DNA of 63,961 nucleotides, the filler included, from Octopus bimaculoides (Eukaryota): assembly GCF_001194135.2 (NCBI RefSeq). It is 7 parts of 7 records of this genome, joined end to end, with 100 filler letters (N's around TTAATTAATTAA, not from the genome) between each part and the next. Parts side by side here need not be neighbours in the genome. Positions count along the whole stretch, not along the records: positions 35,007 to 45,790 come from NC_068983.1; positions 45,891 to 50,697 come from NC_068991.1; 5 more parts are not named here. One strand, 5' to 3'. Positions 39,269 to 49,944 of this stretch are shown here, piece after piece (position 1 is the first letter of the stretch; the number at the start of each line of letters is the position of its first letter). The translations under genes and the position numbers were made by a program. A model generated the notes under the pieces. That model saw only the letters and a program-made list of their open reading frames with translations. It was not told the DNA's origin and did no database searches.

Positions 39269-40202
39269 TGTAACGACCGTGCGACCAGGAGATGGTAACG
39301 AGGAATGGCTCCTTTAGCGCATCGCACGGTCGACACAAATAAAAAAACATGAAACGAGGTTAAATGTGTATAAGTGCCAAAAGCAAAAGAGAGACACAAC
39401 CGGTAAAAGATTTAAGAGAAAGGTTTTATTGAATGTCAACTTATATGTCTGTGTGTGTGTGAGTGCGACATAATAAACACAATAATAGACATGCCGTCAT
39501 ATAAACTGGATGTATGTGTATACAAACATGTGTATGTGTGTGCGAGAAATACAGAGCATAGAAAAGGACGTTAGAAGAAAGTCCAGGCACAAGGATGGGA
39601 AATACCAGTTTGTATCCAATGGTACACTGTAGTTGAAGTGCTGTACCAAGAAGTTGTGGCGGCAAGGCAGAGCCGAAGAGACACATGTCGTGAGAAGTTG
39701 AGGCTTCAATGCTGCGGCCGGTTACTTGGTACAGGAGTTCTTGCAGGTTGTATTCACTGTTAACCATGGTGAAGCATTTCACAAACAGCGTGGAGAAAGC
39801 TGTGTGAGTGTTGCTGGTTGGTGTGTACATAGAGAAGTTGGTGTAGACACTGGCGGTGGCGATGAAGGAGTTTGCTGTAAGCTGTTGAACGAAGTGTTGG
39901 ATCTCCATGAAGCGTCGCTGGAACTGGCTGTGTGCTCTGTGGTCAGCAGCTAGACCTCAGAAGGTCTAGAGCCAGAATGACAAACGGAATGATGGAAAGC
40001 TAGATTTTATACCATACTATCGGCTCAACTGGGGTTCAGAAAAACTGTCCCACGCGACCTTATCTGAAGGCGGCGATTGGTTGAATTGCACCCTGGCGCG
40101 AGATAGAACAAGAGACAAAAAATACGCCAATACCAACCAATCAGCATGGTGAACACAACAGGGTCCAAAGATGCGGCCGAAGGCTAGCTGTTATCCACTA
40201 CA
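39269..40202. mobile_element. Unclassified higher-GC insertion, possible solo LTR
   Basis: Starts TGTAAC and ends CCACTACA, with an AATAAA on the minus strand; no target-site duplication seen. Confidence 0.3.
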
Positions 40203-40419
40203 TCCGCACTCATGTATATATAACAGAGAGAGAGAGAGAGAAGAACACTACACATGCATTTCAGAGTGGTTATCTCTTCTTCAGTCACAGAAACTGGACA
40301 CAGTGCACTGTGAGATTGTCTCCATGATATTCTTCTCATTATACAATAACTGGTAGTGCTAATTACAGGGTGGCAGTGCTAAGCAGTGATACATATAAAT
40401 ACAAGGTTATCATCATCAT

Positions 40420-40850
40420 TGTTTAATGTCCATATTCCATACTGGCTTAGATTGGACAGCTTAACAGGATTTGATGAGCCAGAGGGCTGCATTGAATTCC
40501 AATGTCTGCTTCGGTGTGGTTCCTGCAGCTTGATGCCCTTACTAACACCAACCATTTTACAGTGTATTAGGTGCTTTTTTTTTTTTTTGTGGTACTGACA
40601 CTAGTGAGCTCATCAAGTAACTTGCCAAGATAAGACCCCCTTGATAGAGTGAGGTTACAGTATGGAGGTTGGAGTAGTTTTGTGCTAGGTGTTGTGAGAC
40701 TAAAGTATGATAGAGGGACAAGAATAAGTGTTTTGCTGTAGAGGAGATACAGGGTTACTTCAGCAAGAAAGGGAGAAAAGAAATGATGAAGATGAGGTGC
40801 CAGGGTGTGTACTCTAGATACAAGAAGGTGGGAAAAGAGAGAAGAGAGAA
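40420..40850 (-). mobile_element. RTE-type 3' tail/UTR fragment
   Basis: catcatcattgtttaatgtcc...gatgcccttactaacaccaacc matches the same tail family. Confidence 0.6.
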
Positions 40851-40852
40851 TT

Positions 40853-41163
40853 ACCTGGCACTCCGTCGGTTACAACAATGAGGGTTCCAGTTGATCTGAT
40901 CAATGGAACAGCCTGCTTGTGAAATTAACATGCAAGTGGCTGAGCACTCCACAAACATGTGTACCTTTAATGTAGTTCTCAGGAAGAATCAGTGTGACAA
41001 AGCTGACCCTTTGAAATATAGGTACTACAGATTTTTACCAGCTGAGTGGACTGGAGCAACATGAAATAAAGTGTCTTGCTCAAAGACACATGTTGCTGGG
41101 AATAATACTTACGACCTTATGTTCATGAGCCAAATACCCTAACCACTAAGTCATGCGCCTTCA
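40853..41163 (-). mobile_element. SINE family D (different middle, family-B-type 3' tail)
   Basis: Tail as in family B; middle cagctgagtggactggagcaac...gtgtcttgctcaa. Confidence 0.75.
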
Positions 41164-41359
41164 CTAAAAGAGAGAATAGGGACTGGAAATCAAGGATAGC
41201 TGGATGGTTAGATTTGTGAGAGTGCAAAAGAAGAGTGACAGATGTGTGTGTGACTGTCTTTATCAACACCAACTGAGCAAAATTGTTGACAATGTTTATG
41301 TTCTGTAGTAAACAAACTCCCATAATTCATTCATTTTCAACATGTGACCAGTGGAATGA

Positions 41360-41500
41360 AAAAAAAAACAAAAAAGAAATGCCTTACTTGAAAAACAAGT
41401 TGGGTTAGGAACAGGAAGAGCATCCAGTTGTAGAAACTCTGCCTCAATAAGTTTTGTGTAATCCATGCTAGCATGGAAAAATGGAAATAACCAAGATGAG
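41360..41500 (+). mobile_element. RTE-type 3' tail fragment
   Basis: ggaagagcatccagttgtagaaactctgcc...ccatgctagcatggaaa. Confidence 0.6.
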
Positions 41501-41766
41501 GATAATACTGCAGGCACAGGGACTCATATTTGTTTATATGTATATGCCTGTCTTAACGCAAAACCCTCGACTATAAAGTGGTTGGTAGTAGTAATAGGTA
41601 TTAACCTTAGACAGAACACAGCACACATAATACTGTTTATGTAGTAGTATTCCAACATTTTATAATTTCTAACATTTCAAAACAAAAAAACTTGGTTATT
41701 TTTTATTAATAAAATTAATATGATAAATTAGGGAACATTTAATAAGAATTTATATCTAACTTTCAG

Positions 41767-41942
41767 GATGACACCAACGAAAAATAATCCAAACAACAGT
41801 TGCTTTTATCATTATTATTACACAACACCTGAAAAAATGCCCATGAACTCTGAGTCAAATGGTCAAACAGTGGTGGTGCCAAGCAGTCCAAATTCATCAA
41901 ATACTCAAAGATCACGAGCAATTAAACAGTTCTTCACAAAAG
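41767..41942 (+). CDS. RB1: RB1-like exon (spacer to start of B box): MTPTKNNPNNSCFYHYYYTTPEKMPMNSESNGQTVVVPSSPNSSNTQRSRAIKQFFTK(V)
   Basis: ctttcag acceptor, GTATT donor; phase 2/phase 1 ends fit the flanking exons; CDK consensus TPTK and TPEK; ends FFTK|V like RB1 FYKK|V654. Confidence 0.88.
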
Positions 41943-42197
41943 GTATTCCAAATTTCATACTTTTAATCAGATCTTTTAACATTCTGATTATTGTCAAGCA
42001 TGATGTTTATTCAAATTGTTTTGAATTAATCATGCTTCTAGATTTTTTAGAATGACATTGTATGATAGGTTTGAGAGGCCAAATTTTGGTGTTCGATGAG
42101 AAAAATTACCATTTATGCACTGAGAAATTGCTTCAATTGATTATACTTTTCCTTTATTTCAATGTAAGAAATAAGTATTTTTTTTTCATATTTTCAG

Positions 42198-42262
42198 TTT
42201 GCCATCTTGCTTTCAAAAGACTTAGCCGATTATGTGAATCATTGGAAGTTTCTCCAGAGCTG
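42198..42262 (+). CDS. RB1: RB1-like exon (B box): (V)CHLAFKRLSRLCESLEVSPEL
   Basis: ttttcag acceptor, GTTTGT donor; matches VYRLAYLRLNTLCERL with R661 conserved. Confidence 0.92.
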
Positions 42263-42864
42263 GTTTGTATTTCTAACTTTAATGTTCTAATAAAATCTTT
42301 TTTCTAGACATTCAGATTTCTTTTATATTTTAATAGAGTGATTCCTTTAATTCTAGCATAGTTCTTAAAATAGGATGTATTGAGACCATTCTGGAGCACT
42401 GTATCTAGCATTTAACTGTGGCTTGTATAATACTTATATCAAAAAATGTTTTAAATTGCTACAAAAACTAACATCTGAGATTACCTGCGTTCAGTATTTT
42501 GTTATTAGAATTTCAAGTAAAAGGGATTAGTGGTGGTTATATGAAGGGAAAGGAAAAAGAAAAATACAGACTCATTGCTCCCTTTCCATATTATTGTTGC
42601 TGCTGCTGCTGATGATGATGATGAGTTTCATCTAACCTGGATTTTTTAATTTTTTTTTTTACATTTAAAACATTAAAACAGCTTAATTATATAATGAAAT
42701 TATACATATTACTAATGAATCATGTCTGAAAACCAATATGAAAATTCTATAAGCCCTAGTCAGATTATGCAAGAACTGAGGCATAAGGCAAAAACATTGA
42801 GCAATTTTATCACACATTGAAAGGAAAAATGATCAATTCACTAAAAATAATTCACAACATTTTG

Positions 42865-42975
42865 AGTAAGTGCCTTCTACTGAAGCCTCGAGCTGACCAA
42901 AGGCTTTGCGAGTGGATCTGGTAGATGGAAACTGTATGGAAGCCAGTCATTTGAGTCATTTTTGTAACTTTACTG

Positions 42976-43028
<53 letters not shown>

Positions 43029-43260
43029 ACATATATATATATGTATGTATATTTGTGTGTCTGTGTTTGTCCCTCCACCATCGCTTGTTGGTGTGTTTAT
43101 GCCCCCATAACTTAGCATTTTGGCAAGAGACCAATAGAATAAGTACTAGGCTTACAAAAAATAAATCATGGGGCCGGTTTCTTTGACTAAAACTCTTTAA
43201 GGCAGTGCTCCAGCATGGCTACTGTCAAATGACTGAAACATGTAATAGAGTAAAAGAATA
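42865..43260 (+). mobile_element. SINE family A, 5'-truncated, in the RB1-like intron
   Basis: Core, microsatellite and tail match. Confidence 0.8.
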
Positions 43261-43611
43261 TATATTATGTATGTATGTATATAAATGTATATACAACCAA
43301 CACCAACACACCAAATTCTGATACTTGTTAGTGTTCATAGCTATTTAAGTTCAATATTTTGGGTGGGAAAGAAAAGATGTAAATTATCACAAGTTACATT
43401 AAACCTTCATGTACAGGAAACCAGCAGAAAAGTAAGCATCAGGGACTATTGTAGTGGTAGCAGTGGTGATTATATCAGCATTGGTCTTTTTTTTTTTAAG
43501 TGGAAGCATTTTATTCTCATCATCAGTTTTCCATTTGCTAAACGAAATAAGTCATTTTAGTCTTTCTTCTCTATAACTTTAAAAAAATTTTTATTTTCCT
43601 CTCCCTACCAG

Positions 43612-43689
43612 ACTCAGAAAGTTTGGACTTGTCTTGTCCATTGTATCATACACAATCGTGAATTACTACGAAACAGACATCTTGACCAG
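43612..43689 (+). CDS. RB1: RB1-like exon (B box): TQKVWTCLVHCIIHNRELLRNRHLDQ
   Basis: ccctaccag acceptor, GTATGT donor; hallmark WT...RHLDQ motif; 78 nt. Confidence 0.95.
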
Positions 43690-44129
43690 GTATGTAACAT
43701 TGTAGGATGTGGTTACTTTTTATGTTTTAAAATTTATCTTTTCTTTGAATAACCGGGCAAGTTGACCTCTCAACTATATAGTTGACATATCCATATTTTT
43801 GGCTTGTTGCTCTTGAGATTACTAAAGCAATATCAAAAAACAGATGTTAGTTCTGCAAATTTCTAGAGAAGTCTGTCTTATTGATGATTCAACTAGAATA
43901 AAGGTTTAATGGAAATACTATGGAAATATGTTTGGCAAATCATAATTGGACATTTTGGAAATCTGGAGTTGAGTTAAAAATAATTGTTATCTTCAGTGAA
44001 GATAGACATTGAGACTATTTAGAAGGAGTGGGTGAGGGTTAGATTGAGCGTTACAAATAACATGACAAAATAATGAAATACAGAAAGAGACAAATTCTGT
44101 TGTAGAACTGTTGAATCGATATCAGGGTA

Positions 44130-44640
44130 TCATCATTATCATCATCATCATTTACAGGGGGCACTGAAAAGTTCCTGGCTTTGGGTAAAAGAAAATACAA
44201 GAGAATCAGTTAATTATGATTTTACTCAACATATTCCACTCTCAGATTCATACACTTCAATTTTTCTAAGTCCTGTAAAAAAACTCAGAAAGTCGGGTCT
44301 CCAACCAGGCCTTTCGCAATACCCTTAAAGCCAGGAACTTTTCAGCATCCCCTTGTAGCATCTGTTTTCCATGCTGGCACAAGTTGGATGGTTTGACAGT
44401 AACTGGTGAGTTAGAGGACTGTGCTAAACCCAACATCTGTTTTGGCATGGTTTCTATAGCTAGATGCCTTTCCTTATACCAGCCACTTTACAGAGTGTAC
44501 TGAATGCTTTTCATATGACAAGGGGATATAGAATTGTAGGAGGAGACTTTATAAGAAGTGATGAAAGTTTAAAGTATGATAGAGGGACAAGAACATGTGT
44601 CTTGTAGAAGAGATGCATAGCTACCCCAGTTAAATGGATA
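44130..44640 (-). mobile_element. RTE-type 3' tail interrupted by a mariner MITE
   Basis: (CAT)n, then after the MITE catctgttttccatgctggcacaagttggatgg...gatgcctttccttataccagccac. Confidence 0.6.
44153..44357. mobile_element. Tc1/mariner-type MITE
   Basis: TA-CAGGGGGCACTGAAAAGTTCCTGGCTTT ... AAAGCCAGGAACTTTTCAGCATCCCCTTG-TA: ~28-bp imperfect TIRs flanked by TA. Confidence 0.85.
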
Positions 44641-45237
44641 TTAACCCTTAGGAGACAACAGGGCCAATTTATTGGCTGAAAAGTTGAATGACGAAGAAAA
44701 TTGTATTAATTCATTCAATTTCCTACAAGAATATATATAGTTTTATATATGTAAAGTAATTACTTTATTTTTTATAATTGTTTTTGAAAAATAATCGCAT
44801 GCCCTCTGTAGGGCTTGTGAAAAGAGATCTGTCTTCTTGGCATTGAAACTCTAAATGAGAGATTCCATCTCCAAAGGGTTAAAATGTAATTGGTGAAAAA
44901 CAACTAGAATGAGAATGTACCTTCATCATCTTTGCCCTCATTGCCATATGCATTTTTAATAAATGAGTGGCAGGAATGATAATGTATTGGATTAAATATT
45001 TTTTTGTGTTTGGAGTTCAAACTATGCCAGTATTGACCATGAGTTTCATCCTTCTGGAGTTATAAAGTTGAGTGATTCCTGTTTCTTTATATACTTCTTC
45101 TTTATTAATTTATGGCTTTGTTAATAATTAATAACTCAATATATAAGTATTTATTGATTATTTTAAAATCTGTTTCAGAAAATTGTTAATATCTGCTTTT
45201 AAAAATCATTTATTGCTCTCAAATTTCCATTTTGAAG

Positions 45238-45342
45238 ATTATGGTATGCTGTCTGTATGGTATCTGCCGAGTAGTACACCAAGAGATTAAATTCAAATCT
45301 ATTGTAAATGTATCTAAGGAAATCTCACTTGCTCAACAAGAA
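45238..45342 (+). CDS. RB1: RB1-like exon (B box, LxCxE cleft): IMVCCLYGICRVVHQEIKFKSIVNVSKEISLAQQE
   Basis: ttttgaag acceptor, GTAAGT donor; 105 nt, same length and boundaries as human exon 21 (IMMCSMYGICKV...AVQE). Confidence 0.95.
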
Positions 45343-45464
45343 GTAAGTATTTTATTTATTACACAGTATTTGTTTTATTCTCACATATTTATGAATTTAA
45401 TTTTTTTTTTGTAATTTTGTTTGAGTAGTCCTTGCCCCCTATTATTTATATTATAGTCCTCTCT

Positions 45465-45539
45465 TATTTACATTATTTATATTTGACGGATATTTGTCCG
45501 CATCTTGTTTGTTGTTAACACAAAGTTTCGGCTGATATA
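45465..45539 (-). mobile_element. 5'-truncated family H tail in the RB1-like intron
   Basis: gacggatatttgtccgcatcttgtttgttgttaacacaaagtttcggctgatat matches the family H 3' end up to loop II. Confidence 0.75.
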
Positions 45540-45578
45540 ATATTAAATATTATTAGGTATTATATAAAAGGAAGTTGC

Positions 45579-45735
45579 TATAGGTGCAGGCGTGGGTGTA
45601 TGGTTAGCAACTTGCTTCCCAACAACATTGCTCGGTCCTACTTTGTGGCACTGTGGGCAAGTGTCTTCTATAGTGTCAGGCCAACCAAAGCTTTGTGAGT
45701 GGATTTGGTAGACAGAAACTGAAAGAAGCCTGTTA

Positions 45736-45790
<55 letters not shown>
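45579..45790 (+). mobile_element. SINE family A, 5' half, cut by the scaffold end
   Basis: ataggtgcaggcgtgggtgtatgg...actgaaagaagcctg then (TA)n. Confidence 0.8.
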
Positions 45791-45890
45791 NNNNNNNNNN
45801 NNNNNNNNNNNNNNNNNNNNNNNNNNNNNNNNNNTTAATTAATTAANNNNNNNNNNNNNNNNNNNNNNNNNNNNNNNNNNNNNNNNNNNN
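45791..45890. other. Artificial scaffold-joining linker
   Basis: Same 100-bp pattern. Confidence 0.95.
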
Positions 45891-45916
45891 TACACATACA
45901 TACATATACACATACA

Positions 45917-45960
45917 TACTTGGTCTGATCAATAAGTATTTGGACTATTGCCATAGTAAT
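45917..45960 (+). mobile_element. Mariner-like TIR remnant
   Basis: tacttggtctgatcaataagtatttggact resembles a mariner terminus. Confidence 0.35.
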
Positions 45961-46425
45961 GAAGCTAAATGGGAAGAGCATTTTTAGTAAAAAAATTTTT
46001 TTTAATTGTCAATATTTTCAGAGGGAAAAGTGAGTGATTTAAGGGCGATTTGGCTGTTGTTTGTAGCATATCCAAAGACAACCCTCCTCATCTCTTTATA
46101 ACTCTCGCATGTATTAATGTTTTTCAATATTTTCCCCCCATAAATACATTTATATGCTATAAAAAAAGAAAATTTGAGAAATTATGAATTTTTTACAACT
46201 CCACTCCCTGCCCCCAATTGTTTCTGTTCAGAAATTAAAATATTGGACAGCCTGAAAAGGTCATTGCTGGCATTTATCCACTGATTTAAAAAAATTAAGG
46301 AGATGTACTTGCATAGCAAGTGACTTAGTCTGAGATCGTGTGCTTTTTATTTCAATAAAAAGCAATTGCAGCATGGAAGATGTTTGTAAGCCATTCAAGA
46401 ACACACAAAAACTATTAGTTTCACA

Positions 46426-46614
46426 GCACTACCTAAATACAGAGGTCCTGCTTAGATACAGAGGTTCCAAGCATCTACATAACAATATGAAGGGGAGGGT
46501 TAGTTTTTAGGGTTAGGTGTCATTACACGTCCACACTGTACATTTAAAATGTTTTGTATGTAACACTTGTATTTAAGTAGAAACGATTAAGGGACCTCTG
46601 TATTTAAGTAGTAC
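46426..46614. mobile_element. Small MITE-like inverted repeat with an internal TTAGGG motif
   Basis: gcactacctaaatacagaggtcct vs gggacctctgtatttaagtagtac (24-bp imperfect arms); centre agggttagtttttagggttagg. Confidence 0.6.
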
Positions 46615-47080
46615 CAGTTTCACTTCAACATTAAAATTTCATTTGTGTCAAAATATCTTCGTTGCTTTAAAACCATGTGTTCACTGACAAAACTTCACAA
46701 AAGTGATGCAGCACAAAGTTTTCTCAGTGAACAGCACACACACATATGCACATTCATTGCCTTTCATTTGTGTGTATGGTATCTATGTGTATGCGTGAGT
46801 GTGTATTGGTATGTGTGTGTCACTGTTGAAGTCACTCGTGCAACTTGTTTGTGTGTATATTGGCTTAGTGGTACAGAGTATTTGGAAACTGTGAATAAGG
46901 TGCAAGTCTCAAGTACTTGTCAGTACCTTTTTTTTTCTCCTCGTCTTCTAATAGTAATTACCCAACTTTCTAGGCTCTTCTCACAGCTATTCAAAAATTA
47001 TATGGGTATTTAAAAAAATTTTCATTCAATAAATAATGTTTTTACATTACATATATACTAATAGAATAAACTGTTGAATT

Positions 47081-47900
47081 CACTGTGCAACAAATTTCAG
47101 GTTTAAAAAAAGTACAAGTTAGGTAAGACTTGTTTTTGGGTCAAAAATTGTCCTGATTCTGATTCTGACCTTTATTTCTCCAGATTAGGTACCGTTTTCC
47201 TGTACCATGAACCATAGGCTTTATAATATATTGCATAATATGGTGTATTGAACACAACATTACAAATACTGATAGTTACAAAAAACAAAACAAAAATTTA
47301 GTTGGTATAACAAAGCATATATTGGTTATGAATTAAAAACACACCTGTCAGTTTAAACAACTTTTGTTCTTCTAAGTCTCTTACGCGGAGTGTGATCTTT
47401 TTTTTATAGCCCAGCAGTAGTCTGCCAACATGCCAGGGTTCCATTTTCCTTTGAATTATCACTGAAATATCCTGATGGAATCTTTCGCCATGTTCATCAC
47501 TCACATCACCAAGATTTTCTGCAAAAAAATCCAAATGAGAGTGAGGCACATGAACTTTTAGAGAATGTTACATCCTATATCATGATAATGACTTGGCAGA
47601 TCATTCACAATTTTCTGAACGATGGTTGCCCAGGAAGTTATCGCAAACTTTCTTGAATGACTCAAAGGCAAGCTTCTCTTTTTTCTTGAGATATGTTATG
47701 AAGGTTTCATCAAGTACAAGTTTTCGAATTTGGAGACCTATGAAGAAACCTTCTTTAATTTTAGCTTGACTCAGGGAATGGAACTTTTCTGCAAGATATG
47801 AAAATGTGGAGGATTCCTTGTCCAAGGCTTTCACAAATTGCTTAAACAAACCAAGTTTAATATACAAAGGTGGTAAAAAAAATTCTATCACTTTTCACAA
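47081..47900 (-). pseudogene. Chapaev/Transib-like (CMC-type) DDE transposase fossil, C-terminal half
   Basis: LPPLYIKLGLFKQFVKALDKE...KIKEGFFIGLQIRKL and HSHLDFFAENLGDVSDEHGERFHQDISVI; candidate terminus CACTGTGCAACAAAT at 47081. The superfamily assignment is from memory of the motifs. Confidence 0.7.
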
Positions 47901-48173
47901 GTGGTTTGTGCATGATGTGGTTTCCTTGCTCAATTTCATCTCGGATCAGCCAATCCTTGTGTACATAATGTTCAGCTCTTGCTCTGGAATTCCATAAGCA
48001 CAGGAAGCAGCAAATTTAGCTCAGCTTAGCATGAAATGTAAAAATTCATGCATACACGCATGCATAAATACACACACATATAATTAATTATTTAAGCAAT
48101 GAGTATGTACTTAGTGAAGCATGTTCACTGCCCTATGACTACCTCAGGAATTCCTCAGTGTTTGTTGAATATC

Positions 48174-48633
48174 TAACAAATGGTAGAGATAGAAAATGGA
48201 ATATATGAGGACTTTATTGTTCACAATAATTGTTTCAACCCATCCTGCATCAATCCTTTGTGTGTGGGATACTGTACAACTGGTTGTGGTGCATCCCTCA
48301 GTGCAGAAGCAACTTGTCAAATGATTTTACAAGGAGTGTCTTGTCAAATAAATCTGTTTCACTCAGTTTAATACCACATGTTGTTAGTGACCATAGATTT
48401 AAGCTGTTGGGCAGGAATGGCAAAAGTCTGATTCAATTGCAATATTATAGACATTTGTATACATGTATTTAGTAGTAAATCAATGACAGGGATTAAATAA
48501 GAAAAATAGGGATACACCACAACCAGTTGTACAGTATCTCACCTTTAAGGGGTCAATGCAAGATGAGTCGAAACAATCGTTGTGAGCAATAAAATTTCTT
48601 GTATATTCCATTTTCCATCTCTACTATTTGTTA
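48174..48633. repeat. Inverted repeat element, arms ~48174-48298 and ~48508-48633 (fold-back/MITE-like or Penelope-derived)
   Basis: taacaaatggtagagatagaaaatggaatata...gtggtgcatccct is mirrored by agggatacaccac...tattccattttccatctctactatttgtta. Confidence 0.8.
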
Positions 48634-48908
48634 TATATATATTTATATAACAATTTAGCTAGGTGTTAAATAACCACTTAAGAGATATTAAATATCCAAA
48701 GAATTTACTGGGTTTTTTTTTACCTATATCAATAACAATGTTATGAACTATCACTCTTAACAAATAGGTAAACAAATAAAATAAACATACAGTTTATCAA
48801 TATATAAATATAAATTAGAAATGGAAATCAAAACAATAAGTTGAGCAATTAAATAATTTAATCATTAAATGATAAATTCACTTCAATTTAATTATTTTAT
48901 ACAAACAA

Positions 48909-49943
48909 CTGACACATCTCATAAATTACAGCTGTTTCCATTAATAAAACCAAGTTTTTTAAGAATAATAAAATATCGTTTAAATATAATGAGGTTTCAT
49001 CAGATTGACATATCTTCTCAAATATTTCATGAAAAATAGCAACTGAAAATTTTTATAACTGTTAATACTTTTAAAAAAAAAAACGCTTTATGAGAGCAAG
49101 CTTACTCATAAATAAATAATCTAACTGAAATTACATAAATTCCTAAATTTAAATCTATTTGTACNNNNNNNNNNNACATTCATATAGATATATTTATATA
49201 CATAGGCGTGGGAGTGGCTGTGTGGTAAGTAGCTTGCTTACCAACCACATGGTTCCGGGTTCAGTCCCACTGTGTGGCACCTTGGGCAAGTACTTTCTAC
49301 TATAGCCTCGGGCCAACCAAAGCCTTGTGAGTGGATTTGGTAGATGGAAACTGAAAAGAAGCCCGTCGTATATATGTATATATATATATATGTATGTATG
49401 TGTGTGTATATGTTTGTGTGTCTGTGTTTGTCCCCCCAACATCGCTTGACAACCAATTCTGGTGTGTTTACGTCCCTATAACTTCATGGTTCGGCAAAAG
49501 AGACTGATGGAATAAGTACTAGGCTTCCAAAGAATAAGTCCTGGGGTCGATCTGCTCGACTAAAGGCGGTGCTCTAGCATGGCCACAGTCAAATGACTGA
49601 AACAAATAAAAGTGTAAAAGAGTATATGTTTATATATACATAAGTACATCTATAAATATATATCAATATATATATAAATATATATATATGAATGTGTGTA
49701 TTATGCAACAAAATCAGTTATAGAACTAGATACTAATAGATTTAAATTTAGGAATTTACATAATTTCAGTTTTTTTTAAGTGTTAGCAGTTATAAAGATT
49801 TTCAGTTGCTATTTTCCGTAAAATATTTAAGAAGATATGTCGATCTGATGAGACTTCATTATATTTAAATGGTATTTTATTATTCTCGAAAAACTTGGTT
49901 TTATTATTGAAGTGGAAACAGCTGTAATTTATGAGATGTGTCA
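48909..49943. repeat. Long inverted repeat (arms ~48909-49164 and ~49725-49943) enclosing a SINE; each arm has a hammerhead-like motif
   Basis: Arms are visibly reverse complements. Right arm: CTGATGA (49845-49851) ... GAA-ACAGCTGT-A (49915-49926). The left arm has the same motif on the minus strand. Confidence 0.8.
49202..49623 (+). mobile_element. SINE family A, full length, inside the long inverted repeat
   Basis: Near-identical to 37026-37419. Confidence 0.9.
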
Positions 49944-49944
49944 T

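Noticed and set aside
41768-42055. ORF-track proteins extending past RB1-like exons (also 35288-35614, 36439-36720, 45232-45414)
   Set aside because: Only the spliced portions match RB1; the extensions are intron read-through.
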